Below are positions 30,353 through 39,900 of a stretch of 64,000 nt of DNA, in pieces. How positions within the stretch are numbered: position 1 is the first letter of the stretch; each line of letters begins with the position of its first letter. The notes below the pieces were generated by a model, which worked only from the letters and a program-made list of their open reading frames with translations, had not been told where the DNA came from and searched no databases. Made by a program: the position numbers and the translations under genes. This DNA comes from an uncultured Fluviicola sp. (GTDB lineage Bacteria > Bacteroidota > Bacteroidia > Flavobacteriales_D > Crocinitomicaceae), in the NCBI GenBank assembly GCA_964387525.1, contig CAYLWS010000003.1, positions 18,844 through 82,843 of the forward strand, given 5' to 3'.

Positions 30353-30605
30353 AAATAGAAATAAGGAGAAATATCAGGAATTTTCTTTAAGTTTTTTGAA
30401 ATATTGGAAGAACACACTGCTTGGAGAGGCAGTTTCATTTTCTAGTTTGATTAAAGAGTATAACAGTTCTTATATCTTCCAATTCAAAAAGTGTTTTACA
30501 CACCTTTTAGACAATTCCTGATTTTCAACTTTAATAGAATACTACAAAAAAAATTGTATTACTACTGCGATAATGAAAATAACTTACTTCTACAAAGAGT
30601 TGAAT

Positions 30606-31355
30606 TTATTCAGCTCTTTTTTTGTATAAAATAGGTCGACTTGGAGCGGCATCATTTTCAAAAGGTGCAACATGTAGATTTAATATATACTCCCCATCAC
30701 AAATTGTATTTTCAACATAAATAAGTTCTGTAATTGTACGTTCAAAATTTGGTGAATGCGGAACATCCCAAAAAGCATGATGAAATGCGAGGACACCATG
30801 ATCATTTTCTCTGTCAACCGAGGGTAAATCTATGAGTAGGTGCTTAATCCCTTTTTCGAGTAGGTGCTTTGCACAAGTAACGTCCAAATACGGAGGGTTT
30901 GTTGTAGAATAATCTTTTGTTTTCTTCTCGTCATTATTAGGTAAAGTTCTAATTACAATGGCTTCAGTTCCATGTGGTATTAATTCAAAATGTTTTGGGT
31001 AAAGAACTTGGTCTTCAGCACCATCTTCATTGAGAAGTTTTTCGGGATTAACACTTATTAAATAAGCTTTAAAAAAGAAAGTGTCTAACGTTTTATTAAT
31101 TGAAAATACTTCTTCAGTAATATGGCCCAAACATTCTGTGTGGGTTCCATGTCCATGTGGGTTGAAATAAATATCTCGAAAATTAACACTGCCACCTTCC
31201 TTGACTGAACCAATATAATTACCTGTACGAACCGGCTCAAAAACAGGAGGGTTAACATACCAAGCTTTAGGGTTAGAGTCATTATTGCGAAGAGCCATTG
31301 ATAAATCCAAAGGATAATCAGTGTCAATGTATTCTTTTTCTTTGATGTACAATTT
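30606..31355 (-). CDS. putative cyclase / kynurenine formamidase family protein
   Basis: HGHGTHTECLGH (HxGTHxD-like metal motif). Start moved to the internal Met (MKLYIKEKEY). Confidence 0.7.
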   Translation of the reverse strand, partial: KLYIKEKEYIDTDYPLDLSMALRNNDSNPKAWYVNPPVFEPVRTGNYIGSVKEGGSVNFRDIYFNPHGHGTHTECLGHITEEVFSINKTLDTFFFKAYLISVNPEKLLNEDGAEDQVLYPKHFELIPHGTEAIVIRTLPNNDEKKTKDYSTTNPPYLDVTCAKHLLEKGIKHLLIDLPSVDRENDHGVLAFHHAFWDVPHSPNFERTITELIYVENTICDGEYILNLHVAPFENDAAPSRPILYKKRAE

Positions 31356-31422
31356 CATAGAAGCAATATACAAATATGCGATTGATTTAAGATGCAAACA
31401 CTTTTTTTCTTTTCTTTGGCGT

Positions 31423-32037
31423 ATGAAAAAATTTGAAGCAGTGATTTTTGACTATGGAGGGGTGATCATTAATATCAATTATCAAGCAACCCTTGATGCG
31501 TTTAAAAGTCTAGGTATACTTGATATTGATGGAATGTATTCGCAGGCTGCTCAATCTAATTTGTTCAATGATTTTGAAACAGGAAAGATCTCTCCACAGT
31601 ATTTTATCAATCAATTGCTTTCTTTTGCCCCAGTAGGAACGACTCCAAACCAGATTGTACATGCTTGGAATGCTATGATTTTGGATGTTCCAAAAGAATC
31701 AATCGAACTTCTTGAGCGATTAAAACTGGAAGGTTACAGAGTTTTTCTACTTAGTAACACTAATTCTTTGCATATTGATTTGGCAAATCGGAGATGGGAT
31801 GTTGTTTCAGATAAATCTCCAACAGAAATGTTTGAAAAAGTATATTACTCTCATGAGGTGAAAATGAGAAAGCCTTCTGTTGACATTTTTCAAATGGTCA
31901 TCAAAGAAAATGATTTAAACCCGGAGAGAACTTTGTTTATTGATGATTCAACACAGCATATTGAAGGGGCTAAAAAAGCGCAGTTAGGGACTTTACATTT
32001 GCCAAAAAGAGAAGAATTATTTGATTATTTTTCTTGA
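31423..32037 (+). CDS. HAD-superfamily hydrolase (subfamily IA-like)
   Basis: Start at MKKFEAVIFDYGGVII (DxG nucleophile motif). LLSNTN and FIDDS motifs. Confidence 0.8.
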   Translation: MKKFEAVIFDYGGVIININYQATLDAFKSLGILDIDGMYSQAAQSNLFNDFETGKISPQYFINQLLSFAPVGTTPNQIVHAWNAMILDVPKESIELLERLKLEGYRVFLLSNTNSLHIDLANRRWDVVSDKSPTEMFEKVYYSHEVKMRKPSVDIFQMVIKENDLNPERTLFIDDSTQHIEGAKKAQLGTLHLPKREELFDYFS

Positions 32038-32426
32038 CAAAGTTCAACCAAAAGTCCTTCGGTAGATTTTGGGTGTAGAAATGCAATTCTTTTATTATCA
32101 GCACCATCTTTTGGTGTTTCGTGAATTAAGATAAAATCGAGAGATTGTAACCGTTTTAATTCTTGATCTATATCATCGACTTCAAAAGCAACGTGGTGAA
32201 ATCCTTTTCTTCCTTTTTTAAGAAATTTAGCAATGGCTGAAGTCGAATTTGTAGCTTGTAAAAGTTCTATTTTAGATTCACCAATATGCAAAAAAGCAGT
32301 TTTAACGCCTTCAGACTCAACAATTTCTTCTTTGTAACAAGAAGTGCCTAAAAGATTTTCATAAACTTTCAAAGATTGATTGATGTCGTCAACAGCAATA
32401 CCAAGGTGTTCGATTTTCTTGATCAT
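32025..32426 (-). CDS. mce: methylmalonyl-CoA epimerase (VOC/glyoxalase fold)
   Basis: 133 aa, IEHLGIAV..., GFHHVAFEV, LHPKSTEGLLVEL typical of the epimerase. Confidence 0.78.
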   Translation of the reverse strand: MIKKIEHLGIAVDDINQSLKVYENLLGTSCYKEEIVESEGVKTAFLHIGESKIELLQATNSTSAIAKFLKKGRKGFHHVAFEVDDIDQELKRLQSLDFILIHETPKDGADNKRIAFLHPKSTEGLLVELCQEK

Positions 32427-32452
32427 TAAAACAGGAAAGAGTTACTACGTTA

Positions 32453-33250
32453 TTAGCTTTTGATGAACTTCTCGTTAACGTTATCAAAATTGATATAATA
32501 CACGCCACGAAGAAGGTTCGAGCAGTTCACGGAAGAACCTACACCTTTTTTCACAATATTACCGTATGCATCATATATCTCGTAACGAGTTTCTGCAGGT
32601 TGGCCGTTTGATATGAATCGGATTTCTTTTTTAACTTTCGTTGGAGTTTTTGTAACTAAAGGAGTTTTAGAAATAAATTTAACTTCTTTTGAAGGTCGTT
32701 TGGTTCCTGAGTGATCTATTTGAGCAACACGAACTGTGTTTTCACCTGAATGAGGAGTGACTGCGAATTCATATGAATTTGTAGAACCACTTCCTTTTCC
32801 TTCAACCTCTCCAATTGTTACCCATTTATTCCAACGGTATTGTTCAATAATAAAAGGAAGTTTGCCTTGTTCGTCATTTGTTATCCAAGATAGTTTACCG
32901 TCGTCTGAAATATTCATCTCTGAAATATTGTAGGTAGATCTTGGTAATAAAACTTCAGGATTCAAAACCTTAGGTTTACAACCATTGTGATGCTCAATCA
33001 CAATAAAAACAGGCTCGCCAATCGCGATATTAAATAATAAAAAATTAATTTCGAATGCTCCCATGCTAGTTCCACCAGGCATAATATCACCATTTACAGT
33101 TACCTTTGTTGCACAGTATCCAAAACCTTCATCATCCATAGGGTTCTGGATGTATAAGTTTTTACCTTGATATGTACCTTCAACAGATAAGGCTCCAAAA
33201 GCAATAATACTTAAAGAAAAAAACAAAAATGTTAAAATAAAATTCTTCAT
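32453..33250 (-). CDS. hypothetical secreted protein with T9SS-CTD-like C-terminus
   Basis: Signal peptide. C-terminal ...YEIYDAYGNIVKKG...LLRGVYYINFDN..EKFIKS resembles a por_Secre_tail. Confidence 0.6.
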   Translation of the reverse strand: MKNFILTFLFFSLSIIAFGALSVEGTYQGKNLYIQNPMDDEGFGYCATKVTVNGDIMPGGTSMGAFEINFLLFNIAIGEPVFIVIEHHNGCKPKVLNPEVLLPRSTYNISEMNISDDGKLSWITNDEQGKLPFIIEQYRWNKWVTIGEVEGKGSGSTNSYEFAVTPHSGENTVRVAQIDHSGTKRPSKEVKFISKTPLVTKTPTKVKKEIRFISNGQPAETRYEIYDAYGNIVKKGVGSSVNCSNLLRGVYYINFDNVNEKFIKS

Positions 33251-33358
33251 TAGTTAGAATATAATAGTGTATTAGGAGCTAAATTTAACCCCAATAACTC
33301 ACAAATATAGTATGTTTTTTATTTATTTAATGGCTTTAGTGAAAAAAAAATAATTAAT

Positions 33359-33372
33359 TCCCAAATTTGGGA
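33359..33372. promoter_or_regulatory. perfect 14-bp palindrome TCCCAAATTTGGGA in a divergent intergenic region
   Basis: Read directly. Lies between divergently transcribed genes (33250 minus, 33496 plus). Possible dimeric repressor site. Confidence 0.3.
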
Positions 33373-33495
33373 TGAACTTATGAATTATTCAATGATTTAC
33401 TGTATATTAGATTTTTACAATGTGTATTTAAATCAATAAGCTGATATTTATTGACATAATTTAGAGCATTTATTTTACTAACCGATTTAAATTTA

Positions 33496-35250
33496 ATGAA
33501 GAAATTTTTCGTTTTCCTACTAAGTTTATTTTTTATTTTTTCTTGTAGTCAAGACAGTCGTCAGCAGTTTGAGTTCAGTGGTGGTTCTTTAACAATGGCC
33601 CTAGAAAATCAACCTTCAACATATATTCCTCGACAAGTATTGGATTATTATTCTGCAGCTGTTCTTCATCAGATTTCTGAAGGATTGGTTTCTTTTGATG
33701 CTCAGAACTTGAAAATTCAACCAATGATTTCACATTCTTGGAGGACTAGTGATGATGGTAAATCGTATCAGTTTAAAATTAGAAGCGACATTAAATTCCA
33801 TCCGCATGAAGTATTTAAAAACGAGGAAGACAGGTTGTTAACAATTGAAGATATCATTTACTCTTTTGAACTAGCTTGTAGTCCAAATGTGAATAACTCA
33901 CCAACGCCTTCTTATTCTTTAATCTTTAAAGGTTTGATTAAAGGTGCTGAAGCATTTTATTTGAAAGAAGAAAAAACAATTTCTGGATTAACCTATGTTG
34001 ATAATGTGTTGACCATAGACTTGTTGTATGAAGATAAAAATTTCCTAAACAAAATGGCTAATATTGCTTCTTTTATTAGTTCAAAAAAAGTGATTGAAGC
34101 AGGGAATGAGACGGATAAAATTGGCACAGGACCTTTTTTGTTTTCTAAATTTATTGATGATGAGGTACCTAAATTGATTCTTCTTCGTAATAAAGACTAT
34201 TATAAAAATGACGATGAAGGAAATGCCCTGCCTTATTTAGATAGTTTGATTTTTGATTTTCAAAGCAGAAAATTAGAGCAATTAAATATGTTTGAGAATG
34301 GGGAGCTTGATTTAATCATTGGTTTGCCTACTAGCAGAATAACGCGAATGCTGGAAGGTAGGATTCAAGATTTTAATGTAAATGAAAACAAACCTCCTGA
34401 ACTTGTTTTGGAGAATAATCCATTGCTTGAATCTCAGTTTTATTATTTCAACATGGAAGATGAGCGATTTAAAAACCCTCTTGTCCGAAAAGCATTTAAT
34501 TATGCAATTAATAAAGAAGATATTGGGCGTGAAATTCTTCGTAACCAGTACTATGAAATTGGGAAATATGGTATAATACCTCCTGTTCGTAATGCTCTTC
34601 GTGGATATGATTTTAAAGGAGTTGAAAAAGTGGGTTATTCATATAATCCTGAATTAGCACAGAAATTATTAGCAGAAGCTGGATACCCTGGTGGAGAAGG
34701 CTTTGGTTCTGTAAATTTACGATACAGTATTAATGACATTCATTCAGCTGTAGCAGATGAGTTTTCAAAGCAAATCTTCAGAGTTTTAGGAATTAATGTA
34801 AATATTGATGGTTCAAGTTTTGAACAACTAAATAAAGATGGCGCTACAGGTAATGGGGATATTTTTAGATTAGGATGGGCTGCTGATTATCCAAGTCCAG
34901 AAAGTTTTTTAATGAATTTTTACGGTGGATATGTACCTGACTCTCTCAGTGAGCCTTCTCCATTGAATAAAAGTAGATACAATAATTTCTTATTCGATGA
35001 ATTCATTGATCGAGCAAAAAGTTCTGAGAAAAAATCGGAGCAAATGTCTAACTTTTCAAAAGCTGAAATTGAATTGTTAAAAGATCCACCAATGATTCCA
35101 TTATGGTATTCAGGTGATATTCAGATTACCCAATCTTATATTAGAAATCTTCATTTTAATGCTTTAAATTATTTTGACTTTAGAAAAGTGTATATAAAAG
35201 TATGGACGCTCGAAGAATACAAAGAGAATTATAATTTAGCCAAAAAATAG
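33496..35250 (+). CDS. ABC-transporter-type substrate-binding protein, family 5 (peptide/nickel), lipoprotein
   Basis: Lipobox FIFSCS. SBP_bac_5-like length and motifs (...GTGPFLF..., ...RLGWAADYPSPESF...). Confidence 0.78.
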   Translation: MKKFFVFLLSLFFIFSCSQDSRQQFEFSGGSLTMALENQPSTYIPRQVLDYYSAAVLHQISEGLVSFDAQNLKIQPMISHSWRTSDDGKSYQFKIRSDIKFHPHEVFKNEEDRLLTIEDIIYSFELACSPNVNNSPTPSYSLIFKGLIKGAEAFYLKEEKTISGLTYVDNVLTIDLLYEDKNFLNKMANIASFISSKKVIEAGNETDKIGTGPFLFSKFIDDEVPKLILLRNKDYYKNDDEGNALPYLDSLIFDFQSRKLEQLNMFENGELDLIIGLPTSRITRMLEGRIQDFNVNENKPPELVLENNPLLESQFYYFNMEDERFKNPLVRKAFNYAINKEDIGREILRNQYYEIGKYGIIPPVRNALRGYDFKGVEKVGYSYNPELAQKLLAEAGYPGGEGFGSVNLRYSINDIHSAVADEFSKQIFRVLGINVNIDGSSFEQLNKDGATGNGDIFRLGWAADYPSPESFLMNFYGGYVPDSLSEPSPLNKSRYNNFLFDEFIDRAKSSEKKSEQMSNFSKAEIELLKDPPMIPLWYSGDIQITQSYIRNLHFNALNYFDFRKVYIKVWTLEEYKENYNLAKK

Positions 35251-35259
35251 TATTGAATC

Positions 35260-37704
35260 ATGTCAAAAACGGTCGTTTTTTACCTTTTCACCCTTATTAC
35301 TTCATTTTCATTTGCACAACCTGTCCAAGATGTTCGGGGTAATGTGTTTGACTCTGAAACTCACTTTCCAATATTTGGAGCAAAAGTGCAATTGTTCTCT
35401 TCTGATTCAACGAAGAAGTACGGAGCTATTACGAACATTGACGGAGCTTTTACGATTAAAAATGTTTCTGTTGGTAAATATGAAATGCTCATCCAGTTTT
35501 TAACCTATGATTCTAAGAGTACTAATCTTGACGTAAATTCTGGGAAGCAATCGATTATTGAAATTCCTTTGCAAGAAAGTTTTCAAGATCAAGACGAAGT
35601 TACGGTAACTGCGCGAAAGAAAGGTGCTGTTATAAATGAGTTAGCGTTGGTTTCAGCTCAGCAATTTAGTGTTGCAGAAACAGATAGGTACCCGGGCTCT
35701 CGTTCTGACCCTGCACGAATGGCTTCTAATTTTGCAGGAGTTGGTGGGGCAGATGATTCCAGAAATGATATTGTGATTCGGGGGAACTCACCTTTGGGAG
35801 TTGTATGGAGGATAGAAGGAGTTGACATTCCTAATCCTTCGCATTTTGCAATTGCAGGAAGTACAGGGGGGCCAGTTTCAATTCTAAACAATAAAATCTT
35901 AGGAAATTCTGATTTTTTCATGAGCGCTTTCCCTGCTGAATACGGGAATTCAACTTCTGGAATATTTGACCTTAAATTGAGAAATGGTAACAATGAACGG
36001 CATGAATTTACAGGTCAATTTGGTTTTCTAGGAACTGAAGTAATGGCTGAAGGACCGATGAGTAAGTCTGGTAATTCAAGTTATCTAGTGATGGGAAGAT
36101 ATTCTACATTGAGTATTTTTAAAAAACTAGGAATCAACTTAGGTACAGATGCTGTTCCTGTATATGGAGATGGGGCTTTTAAGTTCAATTGGAAATTGAA
36201 GAATGGTGGTGCGTTGTCATTATTTGCCATTGGAGGAGCTAGTGATATTGACATTGTTATCTCAGACCAAACAGAATATTCCGATGAACTTTACGGTGAA
36301 GGAGATCGTGATCAATATTTTAGTACTGCAATGGGGGTTGCTGGTCTTTCCTTAAAAAAACCGCTGAACGAAAGAACGTTCATCATGTCAACAATTGCAT
36401 ATTCTTATGAAAAGCAAAGTGCACAACATGATTTCTTGATACGTAATATTGATTCAAACAATACAATTACATTGTTGGATAAGTACAAATTATTGGATTA
36501 TACTTTTGCAGTGTCCAAAGCATCAGCCTATTTTTCATTGAATCATAAGATGAATAAAAAGCACTTAATTAAAACTGGTTTCAATGCTGATTTGTACATG
36601 TACAATATGATTGATTCTGTTTTAAAACAAGGACATTCTTCTGCCAATCATTCAGATTTTAATACCCGCTGGGATTATCATGGAACATCTGCTTTAATTC
36701 AAGCATTTGTACAATGGAAATGGCGAATTACTGAAAAAATGGCATTTACAGCAGGCTTGCATAATCAATACTTTAGTCTAAGTAATAGCTACAGTGTTCT
36801 AGAACCAAGATTAGGTTGGCAATGGAAACTTAAAAATGGGCAATCACTGAGTGCTGGTGCAGGAATGCATAGTCAAACACAGCCTCAATATACCTATTTA
36901 TACCATCAAACAGATTCAATTACCGGGGCAAGAACTTACCAGAATAAAGACATGGATTTCACTAAAAGTCTTCATTCTGTTATTGGTTATGAGAAAGCTT
37001 TTAAAAAGAGTTTAACTTTTAAAACAGAGGCGTATTACCAATACCTGTATCAAGTTCCTGTAACGGTTGCTCCTTCTTCGTTTTCTTTAATTAATATGGG
37101 AAGTGGCTTCTCTCGTTTTTTCCCAGAAGATCTTGAAAATACTGGAACAGGATACAATTATGGATTAGAGATTACACTTCAAAAATTCTTTGACAAGTCT
37201 TTCTTTTTCTTGATTTCTGCTACTATTTATGATTCTAAGTACTATGGAAGTGATGGGATTCTTAGAAACACATCATACAATGGACAATATATCGCAAATT
37301 TTCTAGCTGGTAAAGAATTCAAAATTAACGCTAAACAATCAATTTCTCTTGGGTTGAAAATTACAACTGCTGGAGGAAAAAGATATGGTTACGTTGATGT
37401 TGCAGCTTCTCAAGCAGTAGATGACATTGTATTTTTAGATCAAGGTTTTAATGAAAGACAATTCTATGATTATTTTAGAACTGATTTGAAAATCAACTGG
37501 AAGTTTAACGCTAAACGTACTACGCATGAAATTGGATTAGATTTAGTGAATATTTTTAATTCAAAGAATTTATTGAGCTTGGCTTATGCACCTAATTTAG
37601 CGAACCCATCTGCTGAACCTATTTCTGAGAAAACTCAATTGGGATTTTTACCGATTTTCTATTATAAAATAGACCTTAGAATTGGAGGGAAAAACAAGGA
37701 ATAA
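35260..37704 (+). CDS. TonB-dependent receptor with N-terminal carboxypeptidase-regulatory-like domain
   Basis: CarboxypepD_reg-like VRGNVFDSETHFPIFGAKVQL, plug region (...DIVIRGNSPLGVVWRIEGVDI...), long beta-barrel. Confidence 0.8.
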   Translation: MSKTVVFYLFTLITSFSFAQPVQDVRGNVFDSETHFPIFGAKVQLFSSDSTKKYGAITNIDGAFTIKNVSVGKYEMLIQFLTYDSKSTNLDVNSGKQSIIEIPLQESFQDQDEVTVTARKKGAVINELALVSAQQFSVAETDRYPGSRSDPARMASNFAGVGGADDSRNDIVIRGNSPLGVVWRIEGVDIPNPSHFAIAGSTGGPVSILNNKILGNSDFFMSAFPAEYGNSTSGIFDLKLRNGNNERHEFTGQFGFLGTEVMAEGPMSKSGNSSYLVMGRYSTLSIFKKLGINLGTDAVPVYGDGAFKFNWKLKNGGALSLFAIGGASDIDIVISDQTEYSDELYGEGDRDQYFSTAMGVAGLSLKKPLNERTFIMSTIAYSYEKQSAQHDFLIRNIDSNNTITLLDKYKLLDYTFAVSKASAYFSLNHKMNKKHLIKTGFNADLYMYNMIDSVLKQGHSSANHSDFNTRWDYHGTSALIQAFVQWKWRITEKMAFTAGLHNQYFSLSNSYSVLEPRLGWQWKLKNGQSLSAGAGMHSQTQPQYTYLYHQTDSITGARTYQNKDMDFTKSLHSVIGYEKAFKKSLTFKTEAYYQYLYQVPVTVAPSSFSLINMGSGFSRFFPEDLENTGTGYNYGLEITLQKFFDKSFFFLISATIYDSKYYGSDGILRNTSYNGQYIANFLAGKEFKINAKQSISLGLKITTAGGKRYGYVDVAASQAVDDIVFLDQGFNERQFYDYFRTDLKINWKFNAKRTTHEIGLDLVNIFNSKNLLSLAYAPNLANPSAEPISEKTQLGFLPIFYYKIDLRIGGKNKE

Positions 37705-37717
37705 TTTATTTCTTAAC

Positions 37718-38623
37718 ATGAAAAATTACAATTTATCTCATTTACAAGAATTAGAAGCTGAAGCAATTTTTATCCTTCGGGAAGTGGCCGCACAATTTGA
37801 GCGTCCAGTATTGTTGTTTTCTGGAGGGAAAGATTCATTGGTTTGTTTTCATTTGGCAAGAAAGGCATTTTACCCTGCTCCAATTCCTTTTCCATTAATG
37901 CATATTGATACAGGGCATAATTTTCCTGAAACAATAGAATTTAGAGATGATTTAATTCAAAGAAATGGTGCTAAATTGATTGTTGCATCTGTTCAAGAAT
38001 CAATCGATCAAGGAAAAGTTATCGAAGAAAAAGGACTGAATTCAAGCAGGAATTCATTGCAAACAATCAGTTTGTTAGATGCGATTGAATTACATCAATT
38101 TGATTGTGCGATTGGTGGAGCTCGAAGAGATGAAGAAAAAGCAAGAGCAAAAGAACGGTTCTTTTCTCACCGAAATGATTTAGGTCAATGGGATCCAAAA
38201 AACCAACGACCAGAGTTGTGGAACGTTTTCAATGGAAAGAAGAATAACGGCGAACACTTCCGAGTTTTTCCTATTTCTAATTGGACAGAAATGGATGTTT
38301 GGCAATATATTCTTCAGGAAAATCTTGACATCCCTAGTTTATACTTCTCCCATGAAAGAGAATGCTTTGTGCGTGATGGAATTATAATGGCAAAAACAGA
38401 CTTCATTGAAACCTCTTTGGAAGAAGAAACCCTCACCAAAAGAGTTCGTTTTAGAACGATTGGCGATGCTACATGTACTGGAGCGTTTGAAAGTTCTGCT
38501 TCTACGATAGAGGAAATAATTGTTGAAGTCGCTGCGTCAAGAATTACTGAAAGAGGAGGGAGATCTGATGATAAAAGAAGTGAATCAGCGATGGAAGATC
38601 GAAAAAAGAAAGGCTACTTTTAA
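37718..38623 (+). CDS. cysD: sulfate adenylyltransferase subunit 2
   Basis: Start at ATG 37718 (MKNYNLSHLQELEAEAI). PP-loop FSGGKDS. C-terminal ...RSDDKRSESAMEDRKKKGYF. Confidence 0.93.
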   Translation: MKNYNLSHLQELEAEAIFILREVAAQFERPVLLFSGGKDSLVCFHLARKAFYPAPIPFPLMHIDTGHNFPETIEFRDDLIQRNGAKLIVASVQESIDQGKVIEEKGLNSSRNSLQTISLLDAIELHQFDCAIGGARRDEEKARAKERFFSHRNDLGQWDPKNQRPELWNVFNGKKNNGEHFRVFPISNWTEMDVWQYILQENLDIPSLYFSHERECFVRDGIIMAKTDFIETSLEEETLTKRVRFRTIGDATCTGAFESSASTIEEIIVEVAASRITERGGRSDDKRSESAMEDRKKKGYF

Positions 38624-38627
38624 AAAC

Positions 38628-39893
38628 ATGAAAAACGCACATAAATCATATTTAGAAATGGACTTGCTCAGATTTACAACTGCAGGAAGTGTTGATGATG
38701 GGAAAAGTACACTTATCGGACGGTTGTTGTACGATACGAAATCAATTTTTGAAGATCAATTAAAATCCATAGAAAAAGTCAGTAAAAAGACCAATGGAAT
38801 AAACTTTGCGTTATTAACGGATGGATTAAAAGAGGAAAGGGAGCAAGGAATAACAATCGATGTTGCTTACCGCTATTTTGCCACACCTCAACGGAAATTT
38901 ATCATTGCAGATACACCAGGTCATTTTGAGTATACTCGGAATATGATAACGGGAGCATCGACCGCTAACCTTGCTTTAATTCTTGTTGATGTTAGACATG
39001 GGGTTGTTGAGCAGACCAAACGACATTCTTTTATTGCTTCAATGTTGGGGATTTCTCACATTGTTTATTGTATCAATAAAATGGATTTAGTCGATTATTC
39101 TGAAGAAAAATTTTTGGTACTGAAGAAAGAATTACAGCAGTTTAGTTCAAAACTAACTTCAAAAGATGTTCGTTTTATTCCTATGAGTGCGTTGTTGGGC
39201 GATAATGTTGTCAATCGTTCTGAAAAAATGAATTGGTACGAAGGAGGAACATTACTTCACACGCTAGAGAATATTCACATAGCATCTGATTATAATCACA
39301 TTGATTGTCGTTTTCCAATTCAATACGTTATTCAATCGGAATCAATTGATACTTCTAATTACATTGGTTATGCGGGTAGAATTGCAGGAGGTGTTTTCAA
39401 AAAAGGCGATGAGGTGATGGCATTACCTTCTGGTTTGACTTCAAAAATTTTAGCTATAGAAACGATGGATGGCGAAATTGACGAGGCATTTTCTCCGATG
39501 TCAGTGACTATTCGATTGGAAAATGAGATGGACTTATCCCGTGGTGATATGTTAGTTAGGCCAAACAACTCACCTGAAGTTAGGCAAGATTTTGATGCAT
39601 TGATTTGTTGGCTTTCAGACAGTCCTATGAAAAAAAACACCGAATATATAGTTCAACATACGAGTACAAACACAAGTTGTATTGTGACAGAAATAAAGTA
39701 CAAAATTAACATCAATACGCTTCACAGAATGGAAGATGACAAAGAGGTTGAAACGAATGATATTACACGGGTTTCAATTCATGCATCACAACCTATATTT
39801 GTGGATCGTTACGATAGAAATAGAACGACAGGAAGTTTTATATTAATTGATCCATTGACCAATAACACTGTTGCTGCAGGAATGATAGTCTAG
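38628..39893 (+). CDS. cysN: sulfate adenylyltransferase subunit 1 (GTPase)
   Basis: Start at ATG 38628. G1 GSVDDGKST, G3 DTPGH, G4 NKMD. Confidence 0.93.
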   Translation: MKNAHKSYLEMDLLRFTTAGSVDDGKSTLIGRLLYDTKSIFEDQLKSIEKVSKKTNGINFALLTDGLKEEREQGITIDVAYRYFATPQRKFIIADTPGHFEYTRNMITGASTANLALILVDVRHGVVEQTKRHSFIASMLGISHIVYCINKMDLVDYSEEKFLVLKKELQQFSSKLTSKDVRFIPMSALLGDNVVNRSEKMNWYEGGTLLHTLENIHIASDYNHIDCRFPIQYVIQSESIDTSNYIGYAGRIAGGVFKKGDEVMALPSGLTSKILAIETMDGEIDEAFSPMSVTIRLENEMDLSRGDMLVRPNNSPEVRQDFDALICWLSDSPMKKNTEYIVQHTSTNTSCIVTEIKYKININTLHRMEDDKEVETNDITRVSIHASQPIFVDRYDRNRTTGSFILIDPLTNNTVAAGMIV

Positions 39894-39900
39894 AATTGTA

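Noticed and set aside
30313-30521. Two ~41-codon ORFs in the spacer after the LytTR regulator gene: plus strand 30396..30521 with a TTG start, minus strand 30313..30438 with an ATG start.
   Set aside because: They overlap each other on opposite strands, lack signal or leader-peptide features (no double-glycine leader), and the plus-strand one has no ATG. They are not annotated as CDS and are mentioned only in the finding.
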